64,000 nt of DNA from Gemmatimonadales bacterium (GTDB taxonomy: Bacteria; Gemmatimonadota; Gemmatimonadetes; Gemmatimonadales; GWC2-71-9), in NCBI GenBank assembly GCA_050733075.1, contig JBOHSD010000009.1:1189-65188 (forward strand), read 5' to 3'. A program made the translations under genes and the position numbers. Positions 6,906 to 16,800 of the stretch are shown here, in pieces. A model generated the notes under the pieces. The model was given only the letters and a program-made list of their open reading frames with translations, was not told the origin of the DNA and did not search any database. Numbering within the stretch: position 1 is the stretch's first letter; each line of letters starts with the position of its first letter.

Positions 6906-9605
6906 TTGTCCCTACCCAGCACTCTGGTGACCGCACTCAACTCGCCCTTGGCCGACGCCCTCACTGACCGCTACCGCATCGACCGGGAGCTCGGCCACGG
7001 CGGCATGGCGACGGTTTATCTCGCCGAAGACCTGAAGCACCACCGACGGGTGGCGGTGAAAGTGCTCCGGGCGGAGCTCGCTGCGGCGCTCGGGCCGGAG
7101 CGCTTCCTCCGCGAGATCGAGCTGGCCGCGGGTCTCACCCACCCGCACATCCTGTCGGTCCACGACTCGGGCGAGGCCGCGGGGCTCCTCTACTATGTGA
7201 TGCCCTACGTGGAGGGCGAGTCACTGCGCGACCGGCTCACCCGGGAACACCAGCTCCCGCTGGAGGATGGCCTCCAGGTCGCTCGCGAAATAGCTGACGC
7301 CCTGGCCTATGCGCATGGTCACGGCATCGTCCACCGCGATATCAAACCTGAGAACATCCTCTTCGAGGCGGGCCACGCGGTTTTGAGTGACTTCGGAATC
7401 GCGCGGGCTATCAGCGCGGCAGGGGGCGAGACCCTCACCCAGACAGGCATGGCCGTGGGTACGCCAGCCTATATGAGCCCGGAGCAGGCAGGGGGGGAGC
7501 AGGACTTGGACGGCCGGTCGGACCTCTACAGCCTAGGGTGTGTACTCTACGAAATGCTGGCCGGACACCCCCCGTTTCTCGGCCGCTCGGCTCAGGAGGT
7601 GCTTGCCCGTCACGCGCTGGACCCGGTGCCGCCGCTCCGGAGCGTGCGCCCGACAGTGCCGCCAGCCGTGGAGCAGGCCGTGACCAAGGCCATGGCCAAG
7701 ATCCCTGCCGACCGGTTCGCCACGGCTGCCCAGTTCAATCAGGCGCTGGCCCGATCCATCGTGCCCACCGGGCTCCCGGCCGTACCGGATGTCGGCGCAC
7801 CACCTGGGCCCAGTCCCGTGGTGGCCCGCGCGCGGAGGCGAGTGGCGATGCTGGGCGCAGCAGGGCTGGTCCTGCTCCTGCTAGCCGGCTTGCTGGCGCG
7901 CGGACCGCTGCGAGGGAGGCACCCTTCGAGCATCGAGCCCAAGATGCTGGCCGTGCTGCCGTTCGATAATCTGGGGCGGCTGGAAGACGAGTACTTCGCC
8001 GACGGGCTCGCCGAGGAGATCACTGGCCGGCTGGCAAGCGTCGCGGGGCTGGGGGTGATCTCCCGCACCAGCGCCATGCAGTACAAGAAGACCACGAAGT
8101 CGCTCAGGCAGGTCGGGCGGGAGCTGGGGGCGGGTTACGTGCTCGAGGGGAGCGTGCGTTGGGAGAAGGCCCCCGACGGCTCGAGTCGGGTGCGGATCAC
8201 GCCCCAGCTGATCCGGGTCTCCGACGACCGCCACCTGTGGGCAGGGCGGTACGACGAGACGCTCGATGAGGTCTTTCAGGTTCAGTCGCGGGTCGCGGAG
8301 CAGGTGGCAGCGGCCTTGGATGTCACGCTCAACGAGCCGGAACGCGCTGCTCTCGCGGCCAGACCGACGACGAGCCTGCGCGCCTACGACTTCTATCTCC
8401 TCGGCAACACCTACCTGAGCCAGGTGGACGTGCCCGAGGAGCTTCGCAGGGCGGAGCAGATGTACGCCAGGGCCGTAGAGCTGGATCCCAGCTTCGCCCT
8501 GGCGTTGGCCAAGCTGGCCCGCGCCCACATCTGGCAGTTCCACCTTTCCGATCGGACCGAGGCGCGGCTCGCTAAGGCACAGATGGCCGCCGATTCCGCC
8601 CTCCACCTCCAACCCGACTTGCCGGAGGCACATCTCGCCCTTGGCTTCATCTACTACTGGGGCCGGCTCGACTATGGGCGGGCGCTGGAGGAGTTCCGGG
8701 CCGCGCAGGCGCGGGATCCCAACAACAGCGACCTGGCCTGGGCGCGGGGGCTCGTGGAGCGGCGCCTAGGTGAGTGGGAGCAGGCCATCGCGGACCTGCG
8801 ACGCGCCGTGGAGTTGGACCCGAGGTCGATGGTCAAGACCCTGGACCTCTACGAGGTCTACCTCCGGCAACGGAACTACGTCGAGGCCGACCGTTATGTG
8901 GACCGGGCCATAGCGCTGGCCCCAGACCTGGCGTCGCCGTACCTGTACAAGGCGATACTCATCGTGGCTCGTGATGGCGACCTGCCAGCGGCACGGCGCA
9001 CGATCCAGGAGGGCATTCGGCAGGGTGGGGTGGAGAAGTTCGCCTTCTGGCTTCCCCAGTTCGAGATCGGCGCCGCCTTGTGGGCCGGCCTGGACAGCGT
9101 GGCGCAGACGGCCCTCGAACGACTGTCCCTCGACGCGTTCGGCACCGACTCGGCAAAATATTTTCTCGCGAAGGGGAGGGCACTCCGCTACCGGGGAGAT
9201 ACGCGAAGGAGCAGGATCTACTTCGACTCCACGGCGACCGTACTGGAGCGGAGAAGCGAGGCTCTGCCTGAGGATCCGGCTCTCCACGCCGCTCTCGGGG
9301 TCGCCTATGCTGGCCTTGGCCACCGCGAGAGTGCCGTGCGGGAGGGGAAGCGCGCCGTCGAGCTCCGACCGGTCGCTGAGGATACTTGGTACGGGGTGGA
9401 TATGCTCCGTAACCTCGCGGTGATCTACGCCACGCTCGGAGAGGCGCACGCAGCGGTTGAGCAACTCCGGATTCTCCTCGCGATCCCATCGTGGATCTCC
9501 GTCGCGTGGCTCCGGTCCGATCCGACGTGGGATCCGCTCCGGAATCACCCGGGCTTCCAGAGCCTCCTGACAGGCGTCCGAGAGCATCGAGAGAGCCGAC
9601 GCTAG
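6906..9605 (+). CDS. Ser/Thr protein kinase with TM helix, periplasmic-type module and C-terminal TPR domain
   Basis: Hanks motifs GHGGMATVY, VAVK, HRDIKPENIL, DFGIA, GTPAYMSPEQ. TM helix VAMLGAAGLVLLLLAGLLA. TPR-like repeats in the last 400 aa or so. TTG 6906 or GTG 6927 as start. Confidence 0.9.
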   Translation: MSLPSTLVTALNSPLADALTDRYRIDRELGHGGMATVYLAEDLKHHRRVAVKVLRAELAAALGPERFLREIELAAGLTHPHILSVHDSGEAAGLLYYVMPYVEGESLRDRLTREHQLPLEDGLQVAREIADALAYAHGHGIVHRDIKPENILFEAGHAVLSDFGIARAISAAGGETLTQTGMAVGTPAYMSPEQAGGEQDLDGRSDLYSLGCVLYEMLAGHPPFLGRSAQEVLARHALDPVPPLRSVRPTVPPAVEQAVTKAMAKIPADRFATAAQFNQALARSIVPTGLPAVPDVGAPPGPSPVVARARRRVAMLGAAGLVLLLLAGLLARGPLRGRHPSSIEPKMLAVLPFDNLGRLEDEYFADGLAEEITGRLASVAGLGVISRTSAMQYKKTTKSLRQVGRELGAGYVLEGSVRWEKAPDGSSRVRITPQLIRVSDDRHLWAGRYDETLDEVFQVQSRVAEQVAAALDVTLNEPERAALAARPTTSLRAYDFYLLGNTYLSQVDVPEELRRAEQMYARAVELDPSFALALAKLARAHIWQFHLSDRTEARLAKAQMAADSALHLQPDLPEAHLALGFIYYWGRLDYGRALEEFRAAQARDPNNSDLAWARGLVERRLGEWEQAIADLRRAVELDPRSMVKTLDLYEVYLRQRNYVEADRYVDRAIALAPDLASPYLYKAILIVARDGDLPAARRTIQEGIRQGGVEKFAFWLPQFEIGAALWAGLDSVAQTALERLSLDAFGTDSAKYFLAKGRALRYRGDTRRSRIYFDSTATVLERRSEALPEDPALHAALGVAYAGLGHRESAVREGKRAVELRPVAEDTWYGVDMLRNLAVIYATLGEAHAAVEQLRILLAIPSWISVAWLRSDPTWDPLRNHPGFQSLLTGVREHRESRR

Positions 9606-9963
9606 CTGCAGTGACCGAGATGTTCGAGCGGCTGCGGGCCGAAACTCAGAAACGGCCGGACGCTCGAGCGCGGCGGCACCCGGCAGTCCACCACGCGCCC
9701 GATCCCAAGGGCGTTCTCCTGCGATTGGTGGCATTCATGCTGCTCGCGTCACTTGACCCTCAGGGATTTGGAGTTGGGCAGTGATCTGCCAGGGCTCTGG
9801 GTAGCGACGTGCTCAGATCTGGGAACTTGGAGCGGAGACGATCCACGATCCTGTGTATCGCCTGGTGAACTTTGGACCGCCTCAGCGATCAGGGCCTCCC
9901 AAGAGCCGAGTTCGCCTTTCCAGGGATGGGTTTCCTGAAGAACGGTTGCGGTTGATGGGTTCC

Positions 9964-11502
9964 TCATGCAAATTCCCGTTTCCGATCCAGGCTCCGATAC
10001 TGAATCGCCTCAGTAACGTGGACCGTCGAGAGCTCGGCCGCTCCCGCCAGATCTGCGATGGTGCGCGCGATCTTGAGGACCCGATGATAGGCCCGGGCGG
10101 AGAGGCCCAGGCGCGAGACCGCCTGCCGGAGCACCGCCTCCACCGGCTCGGTGAGCCGGCAGTGCCGCCTGAGGTCGCGGGCGTTCATGTGGGCGTTGGC
10201 ATACACCCCGCGCTGATTCTGGAAGCGGGCGCGTTGCACGGCCCGGGCCCGCTCGACCCGGCTCCGGATGATGGCGCTGGATTCGCCGTATTGCTCGCCG
10301 ACCAGATCGCCATAGGCCACCGCCGGGACCTCGAGGTGGATGTCTATGCGGTCCAGCAGGGGCCCGGAAATTCGGGAGCGGTAGCGCTCGATGGCCAGCG
10401 AGCCGCAGTTGCAGGCATGTAGCGGACTACCGAAGTAGCCGCACGGACAGGGATTCATGGCTGCCGCCAGCATGAACCGCGCAGGGTAGGTCAGGCTCAT
10501 TGCCGCCCGGCTCAGCGTGACGACGCCATCCTCCAGGGGTTGACGCAATACCTCCAGCACGTTCCTTCGAAACTCGGGCAGCTCGTCGAGGAACAGCACT
10601 CCGCCGTGGGCCAGGCTCACTTCGCCGGGCCGGGGAGACGAACCTCCGCCGATCAGCCCGGCATCGCTGATGGTGTGATGCGGAGCCCGGAAGGGACGCT
10701 GGGTGAGCAGCGATTGGCCCGACGGAAGGATGCCGGCCACGCTGTGGATCTTGGTGGTTTCGAGCGCCTCCTCGAGGCTCATGGAAGGAAGGATGGTGGG
10801 AAGGCGCCGGGCCAGCATGGTCTTTCCGGCCCCCGGCGCCCCGATGAGCAGGATGTTATGGCCTCCGGCCGCGGCCACCTCCAGCGCGCGCTTGGCAGCG
10901 GCCTGGCTCCGTACATCGGCGAAATCGGTCTCGTCGCACCCCCGGTGGGCCATCAGGGCCGCCACATCGATGCGGGTGGGAGAGATGGGCGGATTGCTGG
11001 ACAGATGGGCGCAGGCCTGAAGCAGCGTGCGCGCTCCGCACACGTCCATGCCTTCGACCACTGACGCCTCCGGGAGATTGGCCTGGGGAAGCAGCACGCC
11101 CCGGTAGCCGGCAGTTCTTGCGGCGAGCGCCATGGACAGAGCGCCGCGTACCGGGCGCAAGTCGCCCTCCAGGCCGACCTCGCCGATTACCAGCTGATCC
11201 TGAAGCCGGTCTTCGGGGAGCTGGCCGCTGGCCACCAGGATGCCGAGCGCGATGGGCAGATCGAACGCGGAGCCGTCTTTCCGGATGTCTGCCGGAGCCA
11301 GGTTGACGGTGATTCTCCGCAGCGGAAAGGAGAACCCCGCGTTGGAAAGCGCGGCACTCACCCGCTCACGGCCTTCCTTCACCGCGCCTTGCGGCAGGCC
11401 GACCGTGGAGAACGACGGGAGGCCGTTGGTGATGTCTACCTCGACGTCTACCGGGTACGCGTCGATCCCGAGGACGGCGGCGGAGCGGATTCGGGCGAGC
11501 AT
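9964..11502 (-). CDS. comM: ComM/YifB Mg-chelatase-like AAA+ protein
   Basis: N-terminal Lon-like domain, Walker A LLIGAPGAGKTM, Walker B VLFLDELPEF, CPCGY zinc motif, C-terminal LSARAYHRVLKIARTIADL. Confidence 0.9.
   Translation of the reverse strand: MLARIRSAAVLGIDAYPVDVEVDITNGLPSFSTVGLPQGAVKEGRERVSAALSNAGFSFPLRRITVNLAPADIRKDGSAFDLPIALGILVASGQLPEDRLQDQLVIGEVGLEGDLRPVRGALSMALAARTAGYRGVLLPQANLPEASVVEGMDVCGARTLLQACAHLSSNPPISPTRIDVAALMAHRGCDETDFADVRSQAAAKRALEVAAAGGHNILLIGAPGAGKTMLARRLPTILPSMSLEEALETTKIHSVAGILPSGQSLLTQRPFRAPHHTISDAGLIGGGSSPRPGEVSLAHGGVLFLDELPEFRRNVLEVLRQPLEDGVVTLSRAAMSLTYPARFMLAAAMNPCPCGYFGSPLHACNCGSLAIERYRSRISGPLLDRIDIHLEVPAVAYGDLVGEQYGESSAIIRSRVERARAVQRARFQNQRGVYANAHMNARDLRRHCRLTEPVEAVLRQAVSRLGLSARAYHRVLKIARTIADLAGAAELSTVHVTEAIQYRSLDRKREFA
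10213..10449 (-). repeat. 237-bp segment of comM duplicated at 6136-6372
   Basis: Direct repeat in the same orientation. The single mismatch is C (10431) versus T (6354). Repeat starts are 4077 bp apart. Confidence 0.9.
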
Positions 11503-11690
11503 GGATGGATACCGGGTCGTGGCTTCCCAACCTTATCCGGGCCCGCCGGCGCCCCGGGTACCCGGCCACCGCAGGAGTGGACCGAATCCTGCAGCGAGTT
11601 CAGTCCCGGTACCGGTCACCCGGTGCCGGTCGTGGCGGAGATGCCCCCAGCCCACCGCCGCTTCGAAGGTGTTCAGCTCCGGAGTTGACC

Positions 11691-12146
11691 ATGGGTAGGC
11701 TGGTTTACGGTGTCTTCCTTTTATCTGGATTGTGCGCCTGCGCGGCCCCGCGCGCCGCGGGCGCGCCGCTCGCGCCGATGGGGCGTTCCTGGGCCGTCCC
11801 CACTCTGGGACTCTACCAGGAGTGGTGGGACAAGACCGTCGCCTGCTCGGGGCGGCAGGGCAACATGACCGACGTGAGCTTTTATGCGGTGGATGCGCCC
11901 TCCGGTGCCATCGAGCTCGCCGGCGAGATGGCGCACGCCTGGTGGGTTCGGGAAGGCAACCGCATCTATCTCCCCGCCAACGCCCTGAGCGAAGAGTGGC
12001 TGGTGCGGCACGAGATGCTGCACGCGCTCCTCCAGCGAGGCAGCCATCCTCCCGAAGTGTTCGTCCAGGCCTGTCACGTGGCTTCCGCGGCCGTGTGGCG
12101 GGACTCTACCCTGATCCTGGATCCGGGGAACCCCAGGGGCCACTGA
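11691..12146 (+). CDS. putative lipoprotein with HExxH motif
   Basis: Start at MGRLVYGVFLLSGLCAC (lipobox LSGLC). Has VRHEMLHAL. No family recognised. Confidence 0.55.
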   Translation: MGRLVYGVFLLSGLCACAAPRAAGAPLAPMGRSWAVPTLGLYQEWWDKTVACSGRQGNMTDVSFYAVDAPSGAIELAGEMAHAWWVREGNRIYLPANALSEEWLVRHEMLHALLQRGSHPPEVFVQACHVASAAVWRDSTLILDPGNPRGH

Positions 12147-12288
12147 TCCGGCGTTCCCCGCATGCGCCTGGGGGCTGGGCGGCCCTCATTTTGCTGACCT
12201 GTTCCAGGGTCCAGCAACCAGCGCCGCATACCCCTTCCCAGGGGGATGCATCCGGCAGACCTTCTCGCATTTCGCAGGAGCTAAAGCC

Positions 12289-13854
12289 ATGACGGGACCT
12301 TCTGCAAAAGCACGCTGGGGCGGCCTGATCGCCGTTCTCGTGCTGGTGACCATCAGTGGAGCCTGGCTGCTCCGCCAGAAGGCGGCACCGGACGGGAGCG
12401 TCTACCAGCAGGCGCGGTTGTTCGAGAACGTCGTCGCGTCCATTCACACCCACTATATCGATTCCCTGGGCGAGGGTGACCTCTACCAGACGGCGTCCAA
12501 TGCCCTGGTCGCCTCCCTGCGCGACCCCTATGCCGAGCTCCTCACACGGGAGACCTACCGCCAGTACCAGCGGCAGATGTCCGGCACCGTGGTTGACGTC
12601 GGCTGGAGCGAATCGCCCAGGCGCGATGCGCGGAAGGCGTTCGGACCCGGCGACGAGATCATCAGCATCGATGGCAAGAGCACCCGCGGCTGGTCGGCGC
12701 AGCGAGTGGAGGAAGCGCTCACCGGCGGGTCCGGCCCCGTAGTCACGGTCGTGGTTCGGCCCCGCGGCTCCACCACTCCGATCGTGCGGCGCCTGACCCG
12801 AACCGTGGTCCATGTTCCCGCCGCCTCGGACGGCGTTCTACTCGGCGGCGGCATCGGATACGTCGAGCTCCGGCGGATCAGCGATGGCGCGGCCACCGAG
12901 CTCCGCCGCGCCGTGGATCGGCTCGTGTCCGAGGGCATGACTTCGCTGGTGCTGGATCTCAGGGGCGATCCCGGCGGGCTCATCAACGAGGGAGTGCGCA
13001 TCGCGAGCCTGTTCCTCACGCCGGGAGATACCGTCGCGTTCTCCCGGGGTCGCTCGCAAAACCACTCCAAGACATATCTGGCAGGTGCCTCCGGAGGGTG
13101 GAAGGGGCTCCGGCTGGCGCTGCTGGTGAATCACGGGACCGCCAGCTCTGCGGAACTGATTGCCGGGGCCCTCCAGGACCACGACCGCGCCGTGATTCTC
13201 GGGACCCCCAGCTTTGGAAAGGGATTCCTCCAGACCACCTATCCTCTGGGTGAGGAGGTGGCCATCAAGCTGACCACGGCACGCTGGTACACTCCCAGCG
13301 GGCGCACGGTGCAGCGGCCCCGGCCCGACAGTGAGGGCGCCCAGGGAAACCGCACCCCGGCGCAGCTTCCGCAGGTCTATCGCTCGGCTTCAGGCCGCCC
13401 GATTCCGGACGCCAGCGGAATCCTGCCGGACCTTACCGTTCGCGGGGTTCCCCGCTCGGACGCGGAGCGCGCCCTGATGGGAGCCCTGGGCGAGGACCTC
13501 GGGATCTTCCGCTCGGTCTTGTCGGAGTACGCGGTACACCTGAAAAATACCAACCCGCCGACGCTGGCATCATTCCGGGTTACCCGGGAAATGCGGGACG
13601 GCGTGTTCGAGCGGCTTCAGCTCAGTGGGGTCCAGCTCCCCCGCCACACCTTCGATATTGCCACCGGCTACGTGGACGAGCAACTGGGCTATGAGATCAC
13701 CCGGGCGGTTTTCGGACCGGTTGCCGAAGCCAGGCGGCGGGCCATGTCGGACCGCCAGATGCAGGTGGCGGTGCGCCTGCTTCGGGGCGCGCGAAGCCAG
13801 GAGCAGGCGCTCGCTCTGGCAATGGCGGAGCGTGCTAGAGGGAGGTTCAGGTAG
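12289..13854 (+). CDS. S41 family C-terminal processing peptidase
   Basis: AGGAG Shine-Dalgarno. N-terminal anchor, PDZ-like GDEIISIDGKS, LDLRGDPGG, catalytic GTASSAELIAG (Ser) and GTPSFGKG (Lys). Confidence 0.85.
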   Translation: MTGPSAKARWGGLIAVLVLVTISGAWLLRQKAAPDGSVYQQARLFENVVASIHTHYIDSLGEGDLYQTASNALVASLRDPYAELLTRETYRQYQRQMSGTVVDVGWSESPRRDARKAFGPGDEIISIDGKSTRGWSAQRVEEALTGGSGPVVTVVVRPRGSTTPIVRRLTRTVVHVPAASDGVLLGGGIGYVELRRISDGAATELRRAVDRLVSEGMTSLVLDLRGDPGGLINEGVRIASLFLTPGDTVAFSRGRSQNHSKTYLAGASGGWKGLRLALLVNHGTASSAELIAGALQDHDRAVILGTPSFGKGFLQTTYPLGEEVAIKLTTARWYTPSGRTVQRPRPDSEGAQGNRTPAQLPQVYRSASGRPIPDASGILPDLTVRGVPRSDAERALMGALGEDLGIFRSVLSEYAVHLKNTNPPTLASFRVTREMRDGVFERLQLSGVQLPRHTFDIATGYVDEQLGYEITRAVFGPVAEARRRAMSDRQMQVAVRLLRGARSQEQALALAMAERARGRFR

Positions 13855-13857
13855 CCG

Positions 13858-16800
13858 CTACTGCTGTAGCTGCACCGTCACCACGGTCTTCTTCCCTGGC
13901 TCACTCTCGACCTCGACCCGCCCGCCCCAGCTTTCGACCAGACGCCGCACGATCGCCAATCCCAGACCCGACCCACTCGTAGTAGTGGAGAAGCGCGGCT
14001 CGAAGACGCGAGGCAGCAGGTCCGGCGAAATGCCGGCGCCATCGTCCTCCACCCGAATCAAGCCGGGTCCTACCGTCACCTGCACCAGCGTCGCCGACGC
14101 ATTCCTGGCGTTCTCGAGCAGATTCACCACGACTTCCTTGACCTCGTCCACCCGGGCGGCACCGAACGCCTGCGGGTCTGCCGCGATCCGCACCTCACAT
14201 CCCTCCTCGGCCAGACGATAGAGCTGTACGACCTCGCCTACCGCCGCTGCCAGATCGATACGGTCGAGCGGCTGGTGCTTGTCGGCCGGGGCGGCGAACC
14301 GGCTGAAGGCGCGGGCAATGGTGTCGAGCCGGTCGATCTCGCCCAGTATGCGCTCCGCGGTCTCCTCCAGGGTGCGGTCGAACTCTCCCTGCTGATCTCG
14401 ATAGACCCGCCGGAGGTGTTGCATGCCGAGCCGCATGGGCGTGAGCGGATTCTTGATCTCGTGAGCTACCTGGCGCGCCATCTCACCCCACGCCAGCACC
14501 CTCTCCGCCCGGGACACATCGGTCACGTCGTTCAGGGCCATCACCACGCCACGCACGTCCGGTCCCAGCGAGGCCAGCTGCAACGTGAGGCGGCGCCCGC
14601 CCACTTCCAGCTCGGCCGCCCCATCCACTGCCGGGTCTTCGAGGAACCTGCGAACCGTGCCGGTCAGCGGCGCCCATTCGGGTGAGAGCCGGTCGAGGAA
14701 TGGCTCGCCTTCGTGGAGCGGGATGCCCAGGAGGTCGACCGCCTGGCCGTTGGCGATGAGCACTCTGCCCTGCGGATCGATACCCACCACGCCGGTAGCG
14801 ACGGTGGCGAGCACGGCGGCCGTGCGGCGCCGGGCCTCCTCCAGCGCGCTTTGACTCGAGCGGATATCCGCAGCCATGCGCTCGAAGGCGCCGAATACGG
14901 GCTCGAACTCGAGCGGCGGCCGCCCCGAGTGCGCCGGCATGGGCTTACCCTTGCCCAGTGCCAGAGCCGAGCGGCGCAGCTCCGCGACCGGGCGGGACAG
15001 GGTCCGCGCCGCGATCCGTGCCCCCGCTGCGGCGGCGGCTACACCAGCCAGCGTCGCGAGCAGGAGGACCAGCGCGAGGTCGAGCTGTCGCACGCCGAGA
15101 GACAAGTCGTCGGCCAGCTGTGGCGTGGCGAGAACAGCCATCTGCGAGGGCGGGCCCGGCTGGACCACTCGATAGCCCACCCGCTCGGCGAACTGGGGGA
15201 TGGAGCCTTCCCGGGTAATCTCGAACTGCCCCTCCAGCGCCAGGGCCTGGAACGCGCGGGGATCCATTAGCTGCCCGACCACTCCCAGGTCCTCCAGCAC
15301 TGCGGTGCTGGTGCCCGCCAGCACGCCACCCCGATAGAGCGCCAGATCCGCATCGATCCGCCGGCTCAGCTCCACAAGGCGCTCCGGCGTGGGGCTCCCG
15401 CCCCCGGGAATACCGCCCGCGCTGAGCACCGCGTCCCGCAGCGTGCGAGTGATGACCAGGTCGCGGCTTCGCTCCGCCTCGTCGGCCAGCCGGGTGAAGC
15501 TCCACCCGGCGAAGGCCACCGCCGGCAGGATGAAGAACGCACCCAACGTCACCGCCAGACGTACTCGAAACGACCGGGCCAGACTCCGCCAGCGGGGGAG
15601 CCGCGGCCGGGCTCCGGCCACCAGCTCGGCCATGAACCAGAGAAGGCCGAGCACGGCGGCATCGAACAGCACTACCAGCACTCCGCGCACCAGGAGCGGC
15701 AGCGGGCCCCGCAGATCTACGGCGGCGTAGATGACCCGCGTTCCCTCTGGGAGTGAGAGCGGATATTCGCGGCGCAGCCCCCACCCTTCGCGCCGCCAGC
15801 CGGGCCGCTCGATGGGAGTTGCCGCATCGAAGATCGGCGGAGAGAGCGCCAGGGTGTAGAGCGGGGCGCTGCGCCGCGCGGGGTCGAGCAGACGGCCGAC
15901 CCGTCCGGGCAGAATCAGCTCCGAACGGGGGCCCACGGAAGTGGTCATCAGCTCGTCAGGTCCGAGGCGAACGATGAGCACGTAGTGCACGCCCGGGGTT
16001 CGATTGAGTTGGACGACGCGAACCCTGTCGGCCGGAGGCAGGTTGCTGACGATGGTGGACATGAGCGATTGCGGCAGATCGAGCGAGTCGAGCGTCAGGT
16101 CCACTCGCGGCGCGCCGGTCGCAGACCAGAGCCCGAGATGGGCGGGATACCCCTGCTCGCCCAGGGAGGAGCCGTGCCACAGGGCGTACATTTCGGATGC
16201 AGTCGAGGGCGGCGGGGAACCCCTGATCTGCTCGCCAAAACGCTCCAGTAACGGCAAGGCCAGCGGATCGGGCTCATCGCCCAGGCGTGCCACGTCCCGC
16301 TGAGCCACCTGGAGCTTCCCCACCAGCTCCGCGCCCCAGGTGACCAGTGCGGCCGAGCTTCCCGCCACGAGAGCGATTCCGGCGATGGCGGCCCAGCGGC
16401 GGGCGGGAAGCGCCACCAGCAGCAGCGCCGGGGTCCAGAGGAAAGTGTACCAGTTCGGCCAGCCACCCATCGGACTCCAGATGAGAACACCGATCATCGC
16501 GGCGGCAAAGGCAATACCGACGCCGGCCCCGATCCGCCAGCGGCTGTGGCTCTCGGGCCCGCTTCCCCGGAAGAGCGCGGCGGCGATTACAATGAGCGCG
16601 GAGACCGAGACCAGCAGCGCGACCTGCCAGATCAGCCAGAGGCCGATGGACACCCCACGGGCCGGCGGCGTGATCCCCCGCCCCAGGTTGCTGATCAGGT
16701 AGGGTGCCACCAGCAACAGGGCTCCGCCCAGCACGACGCCGTACCAGCGGCGGGGGAGCCGCCGACGCCACAACCAGACTCCGCCAATCGTGAGCAGCGT

